This document shows positions 1 to 8,690 of a DNA stretch of 64,000 nt, in pieces (position 1 is the stretch's first letter; each line of letters begins with the position of its first letter). Origin of the DNA: Planctomycetes bacterium ADurb.Bin069 (GTDB lineage: Bacteria > Planctomycetota > UBA8108 > UBA8890 > UBA8898); NCBI GenBank assembly GCA_002070955.1, contig MWEK01000005.1, positions 82,128 through 146,127 on the forward strand, in the 5' to 3' direction. The notes under the pieces are model-generated. The model was given only the letters and a program-made list of their open reading frames with translations, searched no databases and was not told the origin of the DNA. Made by a program: the position numbers and the translations under genes.

Positions 1-1151
1 CAGTTCTTGACGTGCAGGCCGGTGCCGCCGCCCTCGCCGGGCAGGGTGCGCTCCATGCCCTTGGTGAGTTCGGCGGGGGTGCCGAGGATCTCGTTGCGGT
101 TGATCTCAAGGGAGCCCTTCTCGCCGATGAAGATCGCGCCGAGGCCCGGGCCGCTGTCGCCGTCCAGGTGGCACTTGAGCTCCGTGCCGCCGGCGAACTT
201 CATGGTGATCCTGGCGCGGGGGCCGACGACCGCCCTGGCCATGCCGTGGTAGTCGGTGCCGGTGTCCTCGCTCCGGGCGCGGGCCTTGGCGAACTTCCCG
301 GTGTTGGAGACCGTGACCGGCTCCTCGAGGACGATCTCGACCGGCCCGGTCTCATCGGTGCCCAGGCCGCGGTTGACCTGGTCGTAGGAGTGCGTGCCCC
401 AGCCGGTGACGCCGAAGCATTCCCCGCCGCCGTCGTAGTCCCACCACATCGACCACCCGTAATGGAGATCCCGGTGGTAGGGGCGCATGACGGCCTGGTT
501 GGTCCAAATGTCCCAGAAGCGCGCGTCCGCCCCCTCGGGCAGAGGCGCCGCCGGCTTGTCGCTCCAGCGCTTGGCGCCCACGAAGTTCGGGGCCAGCACG
601 GTGTGGACCTTGCCGATGCCGCCCTGCTTGACGAAGTCGCTCGCCTGGTTGTTGAGGGCGATCGAGCGCTGCTGCGTCCCGACTTGGGTGATGCGGCCGT
701 ACCTGCGCGCCGCTTTGACCATGGCGCGGCCCTCGGCGATGGTGAGGCACATGGGCTTTTCGATGTAGACGTCGCAGCCCATCTGCATGGCGATGATCGT
801 GATCCAGCCCCGGGCGTGGGTGGTCGTTTCGACCATGACGCCCTCGGGCTTCTGTTCCTCGATCATCTTCCGGAAGTCTTCGTAGCCCTTCCAGTTCCGG
901 CCTTGGCCGTGGGCGTTGATGAAGGCGCCGATGCGCGGCGCGAAGCAGTCGGCCACTCCGACGATCTCCATGTTGGTGGCGATGCCGCGGCTCTCGATCA
1001 GGACGCCGCCCGCGCGGCCCCCCAGGCCGATGACCGCGACCTTGATCTTCTCGTTGGCGCCGAGAACGTTGCGCGGGGCGAAGGCGGGCAGGGCGAGGGC
1101 CGCGGCGCCGGCCTTGAGCACCCTGCGGCGGCTGATGCGTGACTGGAGCAT
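1..1151 (-). CDS. Gfo/Idh/MocA-family oxidoreductase with twin-arginine (Tat) type signal; partial, 3' end runs off the window
   Basis: Own translation of the minus strand from ATG 1151 gives MLQSRISRRRVLKAGAAALALPAFAPRNVLGANEKIKVAVIGLGGRAGG...DVYIEKPMCLTIAEGRAMV... and stays open to position 1. It has an RRR plus hydrophobic leader, a VIGLGG Rossmann start and the EKP motif. AAGGAGGA lies at 1157-1164. It is absent from the ORF track (no stop in window). Listed ORFs 12..1142(+) and 352..1155(-) are shadow frames. Confidence 0.8.
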   Translation of the reverse strand, partial: MLQSRISRRRVLKAGAAALALPAFAPRNVLGANEKIKVAVIGLGGRAGGVLIESRGIATNMEIVGVADCFAPRIGAFINAHGQGRNWKGYEDFRKMIEEQKPEGVMVETTTHARGWITIIAMQMGCDVYIEKPMCLTIAEGRAMVKAARRYGRITQVGTQQRSIALNNQASDFVKQGGIGKVHTVLAPNFVGAKRWSDKPAAPLPEGADARFWDIWTNQAVMRPYHRDLHYGWSMWWDYDGGGECFGVTGWGTHSYDQVNRGLGTDETGPVEIVLEEPVTVSNTGKFAKARARSEDTGTDYHGMARAVVGPRARITMKFAGGTELKCHLDGDSGPGLGAIFIGEKGSLEINRNEILGTPAELTKGMERTLPGEGGGTGLHVKN

Positions 1152-1256
1152 GCAAGTCCTCCTTTTCTCATGCGGGCACGCGCGGCGCGCCTCGCTTCCA
1201 CGGTGCCATTGTCCCCCGCCACGCGGGGAGCCGTCAACACGCCGGCGGGCTACGGT

Positions 1257-2522
1257 CTACTTGAAGCCCCGCGCGCGCATGTAATCGTCCATGTTGGCGG
1301 CTTGAATCGCATCGATCTCCAGGGCGGCGGCCTCCGCGGCCGTGGGCGGGCGCAGGGGGCGGATGACCCGGAAGCCCACGAAATCGGCATCGGTGTGGTA
1401 CCAGATGCTCTGCGGGATCTGGGGATCCTGATCGGTCCAGGCCGGGCCGGAGCGTTCGCGGTAGGCGCTCCTGAGGGCGGGCGCCTTGTCGCGCCACGAC
1501 CCGCCGCGCACCACGCGGAAGTAGATTTCCCGGGGAGCGACGAGGGGGGGCTTGGCGGGCGTGCCCGTGAACTCCGCGTAACCGTCGGATTTATAGCCGT
1601 CCAGGACCCACTCGGCCACGTTGCCGTGCATGTCGCAAAGGCCCCAAGGGTTCGGTTTTTTCAAGCCGACTTCGTGGTACTTGTTTTCCGCGTTGGCGGC
1701 GAACCAGGCGTACTCGGAGAGCGCGGAGGCATCGTCGCCGAAGCTGTAGGCCGTCGTCGATCCGGCGCGGCAGGCGTATTCCCACTCGGCCTCGGTGGGC
1801 AGGCGATAGTAGCGGCCCGTCTTGGCGCAGAGCCATTTGCAGTACATCTTGGCGGCAAGCTGCGTCATGCAAATCGCCGGACGGCGCCCCTTGCCCATTC
1901 CGAAGGACATGTCGGAGTAGGGCGGCGTGGGCTGGGTGATGGCGTCGGCGAGCTTGTCGTTGCCCGCGGCCTCGATGCCCCGCACTTCGCGGCGGTGTTT
2001 GTCGCTGCCGAGGCCCCAGAGGGCGTATTCATCCCAGGTGACCTCGCACTTGCCCATCCAGAAAGGCTCGACCCGGACCTCGCGCCGGGGGCCCTCGTCC
2101 TTGTTGCGGCCCGCCTCGGTCTCGGGGCTGCCGATGGTGAACACGCCGCCGCGGATCGGCACCATCTCGAAAGTCACGTCGGAGCCGGGAATCGTCTCGG
2201 TATAGGGTCGCATCTCGGCCTCGGATGCCGCATCGGAGCCGGGAACCTTGACGGCGGGAGGCAGCCAGACGACGGCGGGCGCGACGGTGGGATCCACCGC
2301 TTCCGCCGCGGCCGCGACCGCGGCCGCGGAGATCGGCGCCGCTTCAGCCACGGCCGTGTCCGCCATGGCGGCCGGAGCCGCGCCGACGGCCGCGGGGGGC
2401 GGCGCCGAGGGCGCTTCCTCGGGCGCCGGGCTCGAACAGCTCATGGCGCTTGCAAGCGCGGCGCAGGCACCGAGCGCCAGGACTGCTTGCAACGGGCGGC
2501 GTTCAGGGGCTAGACTTCTCAT
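1257..2522 (-). CDS. Formylglycine-generating-enzyme (FGE/SUMF1-type) domain lipoprotein
   Basis: ORF 1257..2678(-). Motifs RGGVFTIGSPETEAGR, YRLPTEAEWEYACRAG, NPWGLCDMHGNVAEWV and VVRGGSWRD. Start moved to ATG 2522 (MRSLAPERRPLQAVLALGACAALASAMSC, signal peptide with lipobox-like Cys). Confidence 0.85.
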   Translation of the reverse strand: MRSLAPERRPLQAVLALGACAALASAMSCSSPAPEEAPSAPPPAAVGAAPAAMADTAVAEAAPISAAAVAAAAEAVDPTVAPAVVWLPPAVKVPGSDAASEAEMRPYTETIPGSDVTFEMVPIRGGVFTIGSPETEAGRNKDEGPRREVRVEPFWMGKCEVTWDEYALWGLGSDKHRREVRGIEAAGNDKLADAITQPTPPYSDMSFGMGKGRRPAICMTQLAAKMYCKWLCAKTGRYYRLPTEAEWEYACRAGSTTAYSFGDDASALSEYAWFAANAENKYHEVGLKKPNPWGLCDMHGNVAEWVLDGYKSDGYAEFTGTPAKPPLVAPREIYFRVVRGGSWRDKAPALRSAYRERSGPAWTDQDPQIPQSIWYHTDADFVGFRVIRPLRPPTAAEAAALEIDAIQAANMDDYMRARGFK

Positions 2523-2571
2523 TGCGGCTCCTCTCGATGGACATTGCCGGACACGGGACAAGGCTTCACGC

Positions 2572-3591
2572 ATGCTGAGCGGAATGATCGCGACGTTGCT
2601 GGCCGGCGCGGCGGACACCCGCGCGACCGAGGCGCCCCGGCGCTTCGAGTTCGCGCGAACCGTTATGGCTGCGCCCATGAACTTGGTATTGTATGCCCGC
2701 GATCAGGAAGCGGCAAGCCGCGCGGCCGAGGCCGCCTTTGACCGTGCCCGGGCGATCGAGGGGATTATGAGCGATTACGATCCCGCCAGCGAGCTCAGCC
2801 GCCTGAGCGCCGCGGGGGGCGGCGGCTTCGTCCCCCTGAGCGACGATCTCTGGCGCGTGCTCTCGCGCTCCCAAGAGCTCGCGGCCGCGACGGAAGGCGC
2901 CTTCGATGTCACCGTCGGCCCCTGCGTCGAGCTCTGGCGCCGCGCCCGGCGCATGCGGCAAGCGCCGGCGGCCGCGGAATTGGCCGCGGCCCGCGCGCGG
3001 TGCGGCTACCGGCTGCTCGCGCTGGATCCGCACAGCCGCTCGGCGCGCCTCGAACGGCCGGGCATGAGCCTCGATCTGGGCGCCATCGCCAAGGGATACG
3101 CCGCGCAGGAGGCGCTCGGGGCCCTGGAGAAGCTCGGGATTACGCGCGCGCTCGTCGATCTGGGCGGGGACCTTGCCCTCGGCGACCCGCCCCCGGGGGC
3201 GCGCGGCTGGCGCGTGGCGGTGGCGCCGCTTCGCGACGGAGTTCCGAGCCTCTATCTGTGGCTCTCCCGCTGCGCCGCGGCCACCTCGGGGGATGCGCAC
3301 CGCTTCGCCGAGATCGAGGGGCGGCGCTACTCGCACATCGTGGATCCGCGGACGGGCGCGGCTCTCACCGATCGAAGCTGCGTCACGGTAGTCGCTCCGG
3401 ACGCCGCCTCGGCCGATGCGCTTGCCACGGCCGTGAGCGTGCTCGGTCCAGAGCGCGGATCGGCGCTGCTCGACGGGCAGGCGGGCGCGGCGGGGAGGAT
3501 CGTCCGCTTCACGCAGGGCGTCGAGGAGATCCGGGAATCGGCGCGCTGGAAGGCGCTCCCGGTGTTCGTTCCGGAACCGGCCGCGCGGTGA
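2572..3591 (+). CDS. apbE: FAD:protein FMN transferase (ApbE family)
   Basis: ORF 2248..3591(+). Motifs DYDPASELSRLS, FDVTVGP, LDLGAIAKGYA, SGDAHRF and YSHIVDPRTG. Start moved to ATG 2572 (MLSGMIATLLAG) because the longer ORF overlaps the divergent FGE gene. Confidence 0.85.
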   Translation: MLSGMIATLLAGAADTRATEAPRRFEFARTVMAAPMNLVLYARDQEAASRAAEAAFDRARAIEGIMSDYDPASELSRLSAAGGGGFVPLSDDLWRVLSRSQELAAATEGAFDVTVGPCVELWRRARRMRQAPAAAELAAARARCGYRLLALDPHSRSARLERPGMSLDLGAIAKGYAAQEALGALEKLGITRALVDLGGDLALGDPPPGARGWRVAVAPLRDGVPSLYLWLSRCAAATSGDAHRFAEIEGRRYSHIVDPRTGAALTDRSCVTVVAPDAASADALATAVSVLGPERGSALLDGQAGAAGRIVRFTQGVEEIRESARWKALPVFVPEPAAR

Positions 3592-3593
3592 GG

Positions 3594-3636
3594 ACAAAAA
3601 GAAGGGGGGCGGGCAACCTCAGGTTGCCCGCCCCCC
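3594..3636 (-). terminator. Rho-independent terminator of the 3677..8101 gene (hairpin shared with convergent apbE)
   Basis: Perfect 15-bp GC stem GGGGGGCGGGCAACC / GGTTGCCCGCCCCCC (3604-3618 / 3622-3636) with a 3-nt loop. On the minus strand it is followed by TTCTTTTTGT (3594-3603). Confidence 0.75.
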
Positions 3637-3676
3637 CAGGCCTCGCGAGAAAGCCTGCGAGAGGCGCTCGGCGCCC

Positions 3677-6600
3677 TTAGTAGTCAGGGCACGACCTCGC
3701 GCAGGGCAGCGTCACCGTGGGCTGCGGATAGAGCAAGCAGCCCGAGTTTGCCGGCAGGATCGACGAGCCGTCCGGACCCTGCATGTTCCCTCCGGCGAAC
3801 AGGTACGAGAGCACCCTGATCGCATCGGAGAGATCCACCGAGTCGCTGTTGTTGGTGTCCATCTGCGCCAGGCAGCAGGGGTTCTTGCACGCGTCGGTCT
3901 CCGGGCCGAACAGGTACCCGAGAATGCAGACCGCATCGGCAAGATCGATCGCCTTGCTGCAGTTGGCGTCGCCGATGTAGAGGGACACGCCCGAGCACTC
4001 GGTGACGACGATCACGACATCCTTGCTCGTCGTCTCGACGCCGTCGCTCACCGTGCACGTCACGACGTACTCGCCGACCGCATCGAAGACCGCGCGGGCG
4101 GTGGTGGGCGGTTCGCCCGCCGTGACCTCTCCGCCCGTCGCCGTCCAGACGATCGTGAGCGGATCGCCGTCCGCATCCCGCGCCCTCGCGGACAGATCAA
4201 AGGAGACGGTGGCGTCGCACAGTTCGGCCGAGAGGGGACCCGCGGGAGTGACCGTGACCGTCGGCGCCCTGTTGGTGTACATGATCAGGATCGGGCGGCG
4301 GCTGGCGTCGGGATGCTCGCTCGAGCAGAAGTCGTAGGCGCCCCTGATGTAGGTGTTCGCCGCACCGGGCTTGCAGGCGTCCACGCCTTCGCACTGCGTG
4401 ATCTTGAAGCCGTAGTTCGGGAAGATCTCGTAGAACCAGGTGTCGATGATGTTCTTGAGACCTTCGCCGCCGAAGGTGACCCAGCGCTGGGAAACGGCGC
4501 CGAACACCGCGCTGACCTCGGGCGAGGCCGCCGCGATATCGGTCGAGCCGTAGGCGCCGGGGATCTCCCAGTTTTCCTGGTTCTGGCGCGCGGCGTTCCA
4601 AGAGGCCTCGCCGGTCTTGGCGTCCGGGCCGTCGGAGCAGCAGCCGGTGCCCTGGTTCCACTGCTTCATGACCTGGCGGATATAGACCGTGTGATCGTTG
4701 TAGACGCCGTTTCTCGAGCTGTCGAAGAAGACGCCGAGGGTGGCCTTCTGGACTTCCTTGCCCTCCGGAAGCGGCGCGAGCTCGAAGCTGAGGAGCGCTT
4801 CCTTGTGGTCGTAGCCGTCGGGTGCATTCCAGTCGCCCTCCTCGAACAAGGGGCTCGACCCCTGGTTGCTGTTCGACGTGTTGATAATGATATGCGTGTC
4901 CTGCGTGCCGGTGTACGCGGCGGTGGGGAAGACGCCTTCCTGGTAAATCACGTAGCCGGGGCTGGCGACGCCGGCGAGCGCCTGGCAGACGGGGTACGCA
5001 ATCGGTCCGATATCGTAGACGGGCGTCACCCGATAATGCGCGGCCGCCGTTCCGGCGATGGGCTCGGCGTCGAGGTAGCTCGTCGCCGCGCCGTCGACGT
5101 CATCGGCTAGCACCGTCCAGTCGCGTTCGAGCACCGGCTTGCGCTCGATGACGTACCGGTCGTAGATCTGCGAGCTGTCCCAGGTGAGCTTGATGCCTTG
5201 CGCGGTGATCGCGCCGGCAAGCCCGCTGATGCAGGCCGGAGCCGGCGGAACGACGAAACCGTCGGGCGGCGTCGTGCTGATGGTTAGGGTGCCCGGGGTC
5301 ACGGGGCCGCGAGTCTCCCAATCGCGCAGGCTGACGCTGGCGCCGAACCCGCCGCCGCCCTCGAACACCTTCGCCATCAGGCGGTGGGTCCCGGGCGGAA
5401 TAGACATGATGGTCGTGTCATTGTTGGCGACATGACCGCGACATGCCGACACCGCCTGCCAGACGAAGTTGTCGAGCTTGACGGCGATGGAGTCATCGCT
5501 GCCCGTGCCGAGCTGAACCAGGACGTGCGCGTCGGTGTGATTGGTCACGTAGGCGAACATGTAGGTCATGAGGTTGTCTTGGTCGCCGAAGACGCCGTTG
5601 AAATCGACGTAGCCGTCGTCGCGATGGACCGCGAACACCGTGAGCGGATCGCAGGTCGCTTCGGGAGCCGTGCCTCTTTCGCAGCTTGTGCTCGCGGCGG
5701 CGCCGTAGTCGGTGTAGACCTTCATGCCCTGGACCGGCACGATGTTCTCCTCGGTCTTCTGCGTGCCGCCCGCGCCTTCGGTGAGGTAATCCTTCAGCAT
5801 GTCATTGGTGGAGGGCCCGCAGCCGTAGGGCTCTCGGTACTGTCCGAGGAGGAGCCAATCGGTGACGAAGCCGCTCGTCGAGATGCCCTGGGGCTCCGGG
5901 AGCGGTCCCGGGACGCTGGTCATCGAAGCCGGGTACGCCGAGATGATGAGGTCCCCCGTGGGGAAGGGCTGCATCGTCTGCGTGTTGAGGATTCTGAGCC
6001 TGGCGTTGTGGCCGCCGCCGCCCTCGAAGACCTTCAGCATGAGCCGGTGCTCGCCCGGAGTCAGGAGCCCGAGGCCCGTTCCGTAACAGCAGCCCTGGTA
6101 GATGTTCCACACGGTGTTGTCGATCATGATGACCATGGAGTCATCGCTGTTGAACTCGAAGAAGAGTCCCTGATCGGCGTCCGTGGTGTTGGTTATGTAG
6201 GCGACCATATAGGTCATGACGTCGTCGATATCGCCGAAGATATCGTTGTAGTCGAAATACCCGTCGACGCGGGCCGGCTGGTACATGAACGTCACCGGAT
6301 TGCAGAAGCAGCCGGCCTTCCACCAGCCGCAGGTGCAGCCCGTGCTCGCCGCGGCGCCGTTGAAGTTCGTGTTGACCGTCGTGCCGGGGATGGGCAGGAT
6401 GTTTGCCTCGGTGATCCCGGCGCCGTCGGTGAGATAGTCCTTGCGGGCGTCGGAAACCGCCGGCCACCAGCCGTAGGGCTGCCCGAGGTGCGGCGTGATA
6501 TTCCACTGCATGACGTAGCCGTTGGAGTCGACGCCGTTGGTCCAGAGGGGCATCAACGCGTTGCCGCCCTCCCTGCCGAGCCCATCGTACGCCGTCAGTC

Positions 6601-8101
6601 TGTACGTGACCAAACCGACGCCGGCGCTGTCGTCGATCACTTCGCGCATGTGGCCCGGAAGCTGAAGGTCCTCGGTGACGCCGTTCTGGGTGCGCTCGGC
6701 AACGAAGTACGCCGTCGCCGGGCTCGCCTTCCAGTTGGCGTAAACGCCCGTGGGGAGGGTCCGCACCGCGCCGCCGTAGACGCCGACGGGGCTGAGGTCG
6801 GGCGGCAGGGTTACGGTCCCGGTGCTGTCAGTGATCGCCAGATGCGAGAACTTGCCCAACGCGGGCGGATCGCCCCAGCAGTCGTTGTGGTTTTGAACGG
6901 CGTAGCCGAGGAGCATCGTCGCCGGCGTCCAAGCGCGGGGGTGTTCCCGGAGCTGGATCCACGCATCGCCCTCATTCTGCTTCCAGAAGAACCTGTAAGT
7001 GTTGCCGGTGCGCGTCAGGCGCATCCAGATGGGCAGGGTCTTCTGATCCTGGTTCCCGCCGCCCGCGTCGCCGGTGTCTCCCCAGAAGTTCGCGCCGTTG
7101 TCCTGCCGGGAATAGCTCAAAACCTGGCGGCCGCCGTTGATGCCGGCGAAGGCGTAGGGCGAGCCGTTGCCCGTGTGCTCGCGCACCATGAAGCCCGCGC
7201 GGCCCCACCAGCACGGATCCCCGCCGCCCTCTTTGGTGAAGCTCTCGATCTTCACCTGGGCGTCGAAGTCGCCGGAAACCTTCACCGTGCCGTGATGCAC
7301 GTAGTAGAACGAATCCCAGTCCGACCAGATGTCGCCGCCCGCGCCGCTCACGACCATGCCGGGCTCGAACCCGTCCAACGCCGCGGAAGCGCCGCGGAAG
7401 CCCACGTCATCGTTGAATCTGTCGCCGACGCCGCTCTGGACGCCGTTCCACACGGGCTTCGGGGTGGTGTCGACGAGTTTAACGTCGTCGAAATAGACGG
7501 GGCTGCCGTCGTCGCCGCCGTACAAGTCGAGGACCGCGACCGCGACGGGGCCGTTATCGGTGTACTGGGCCTGCGCGACGAGGGCGGCGCCGTTGTAAAA
7601 GACCGCTTTCGTGTTCGCCACCAGATCGATGACCACCTTGATCTCGGACCAGGCGCCGGTCACGAGGGGAAGCGAGTTTGCGCCTCGGATCGTCTCGGTG
7701 ATCGTATCGGTGCCCTTAATCTCGATCTGGCAAGCCCAAACGTTCTGGGCGCCGTACGAGCTCATCAGAATGACGTAGGTACTGCCGGCGTGGTCCGCCG
7801 GCACGAAGACCTTAACGCTGAACTCGCAGGCCCCCTTGGCCTGGTTGAGCCGGCCCACGACATCGTTGTCCCCGCTGATCTTCAGGCTCTTCGTGCCCGA
7901 GGAAGCCTGCTCGGTGGAAACGACGCCGTCGGCCGCGGGGTCATCGCCCCAGGTGGTCCAGATGCCCTTGCCGAACGTGCCGGTCCCCTCTGCGTACGAC
8001 TCGAAGTCATCGAAGATCGTGACGTTCGCGGCGTACGCGGCGCCGGCGGTCATCGCCGCCGCCACCAGCGCCACTATGCACCAACGGTTTCGAAACAACA
8101 T
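3677..8101 (-). CDS. Giant secreted multidomain protein (1474 aa): two ConA/LamG-like lectin domains, FN3-like domains, duplicated jelly-roll (PA14-like) module, DNRLRE-like domain, PKD, C-terminal dockerin pair
   Basis: ORF 3677..8197(-). Start moved to ATG 8101 (MLFRNRWCIVALVAAAMTAGAAYA signal peptide, AAGGAGG 8 nt upstream). PKD-like PLTIVWTATGG...VVTCTVSDG. Dockerin EF-hand-like repeats DANCSKAIDLADAVCILGYLF and DTNNSDSVDLSDAIRVLSYLF. Confidence 0.85.
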   Translation of the reverse strand: MLFRNRWCIVALVAAAMTAGAAYAANVTIFDDFESYAEGTGTFGKGIWTTWGDDPAADGVVSTEQASSGTKSLKISGDNDVVGRLNQAKGACEFSVKVFVPADHAGSTYVILMSSYGAQNVWACQIEIKGTDTITETIRGANSLPLVTGAWSEIKVVIDLVANTKAVFYNGAALVAQAQYTDNGPVAVAVLDLYGGDDGSPVYFDDVKLVDTTPKPVWNGVQSGVGDRFNDDVGFRGASAALDGFEPGMVVSGAGGDIWSDWDSFYYVHHGTVKVSGDFDAQVKIESFTKEGGGDPCWWGRAGFMVREHTGNGSPYAFAGINGGRQVLSYSRQDNGANFWGDTGDAGGGNQDQKTLPIWMRLTRTGNTYRFFWKQNEGDAWIQLREHPRAWTPATMLLGYAVQNHNDCWGDPPALGKFSHLAITDSTGTVTLPPDLSPVGVYGGAVRTLPTGVYANWKASPATAYFVAERTQNGVTEDLQLPGHMREVIDDSAGVGLVTYRLTAYDGLGREGGNALMPLWTNGVDSNGYVMQWNITPHLGQPYGWWPAVSDARKDYLTDGAGITEANILPIPGTTVNTNFNGAAASTGCTCGWWKAGCFCNPVTFMYQPARVDGYFDYNDIFGDIDDVMTYMVAYITNTTDADQGLFFEFNSDDSMVIMIDNTVWNIYQGCCYGTGLGLLTPGEHRLMLKVFEGGGGHNARLRILNTQTMQPFPTGDLIISAYPASMTSVPGPLPEPQGISTSGFVTDWLLLGQYREPYGCGPSTNDMLKDYLTEGAGGTQKTEENIVPVQGMKVYTDYGAAASTSCERGTAPEATCDPLTVFAVHRDDGYVDFNGVFGDQDNLMTYMFAYVTNHTDAHVLVQLGTGSDDSIAVKLDNFVWQAVSACRGHVANNDTTIMSIPPGTHRLMAKVFEGGGGFGASVSLRDWETRGPVTPGTLTISTTPPDGFVVPPAPACISGLAGAITAQGIKLTWDSSQIYDRYVIERKPVLERDWTVLADDVDGAATSYLDAEPIAGTAAAHYRVTPVYDIGPIAYPVCQALAGVASPGYVIYQEGVFPTAAYTGTQDTHIIINTSNSNQGSSPLFEEGDWNAPDGYDHKEALLSFELAPLPEGKEVQKATLGVFFDSSRNGVYNDHTVYIRQVMKQWNQGTGCCSDGPDAKTGEASWNAARQNQENWEIPGAYGSTDIAAASPEVSAVFGAVSQRWVTFGGEGLKNIIDTWFYEIFPNYGFKITQCEGVDACKPGAANTYIRGAYDFCSSEHPDASRRPILIMYTNRAPTVTVTPAGPLSAELCDATVSFDLSARARDADGDPLTIVWTATGGEVTAGEPPTTARAVFDAVGEYVVTCTVSDGVETTSKDVVIVVTECSGVSLYIGDANCSKAIDLADAVCILGYLFGPETDACKNPCCLAQMDTNNSDSVDLSDAIRVLSYLFAGGNMQGPDGSSILPANSGCLLYPQPTVTLPCARSCPDY
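5290..6520 (-). repeat. Protein-level tandem duplication of a ~200-aa jelly-roll module inside the 3677..8101 gene
   Basis: Copy 1 starts GYVMQWNITPHLGQPYG...KDYLTDGAGITEANILPIPG...LMLKVFEGGGGHNARLRI. Copy 2 starts GFVTDWLLLGQYREPYG...KDYLTEGAGGTQKTEENIVPVQG...LMAKVFEGGGGFGASVSL. Confidence 0.7.
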
Positions 8102-8228
8102 GCCAACAACCTCCTTTTCTCGGATGGACTCTCGCGAGGAAAAAAAGACCGCGCCGGCCGCTCGCAGCGCCTCGCCATCTCCTCTCCTCTGAACCAAGGA
8201 CTGACTACAACACCAAACGCCAACCTCT

Positions 8229-8258
8229 ATTCTATGCCGATCGCGGCTTGCATGTCAA
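8229..8258 (-). promoter_or_regulatory. Sigma70-like promoter for the 3677..8101 gene
   Basis: Minus strand reads TTGACA (8258-8253), 18-nt spacer, TAGAAT (8234-8229). It lies about 120 nt upstream of ATG 8101 in a locally AT-richer patch. Confidence 0.45.
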
Positions 8259-8690
8259 TACGTAAAAGGGGAACCGCGACGGGAGGCGGCCTACCCGGTC
8301 CGATGCGCAGCCGACCCTCTCGCATGAACATGTAGCGCCCGATCGGAAGAAAGATACGCGCCGATCCTCCGCTCCACAACCGCAAACTGCCGTCCCGGAG
8401 CCTGTTGCGGAAGCCCCTGCGTGCAATCCCGCGGCGGGGAGACGCCGGCGGGAAACGCGCGGGCGTCGCGGTGAGATCGCCGTGAAAGCGACGCACCGGC
8501 ACGCCTCGCGGCGGATTCCAGCCGAAAGAAAAGCTCAGCAACACGCTCGCCGTACTCACTGACCCGAATAAAGACAATTTTAGCGCGACGAAGATGCGGA
8601 TGCAACGGACGTGCGTTGAGCCCGGCGCTTTTTAATGTGGCTCCGCCCCCGCGGAGGAACGGCGCCGCGCGCGCCTTCCGCTCCCGTGGT

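Noticed and set aside
1257-1500. Possibility that the FGE-domain gene is a diversity-generating-retroelement target (FGE/C-type-lectin folds often carry DGR variable regions at the 3' end)
   Set aside because: There is no reverse transcriptase, no template-repeat copy of the 3' region anywhere in the window, and no Asn/AAC-rich variable stretch. The C-terminus looks like an ordinary FGE domain plus a tail.
2248-2571. 108-aa N-terminal extension of the ApbE ORF in the track
   Set aside because: It overlaps the divergent FGE gene on the opposite strand and is an Ala/Gly-rich shadow. ApbE homology begins after ATG 2572.
5384-8335. 983-aa plus-strand ORF
   Set aside because: It is antisense to the 3677-8101 exoprotein gene, with an Arg/Val/Gly/Asp-rich translation and no recognisable domains.
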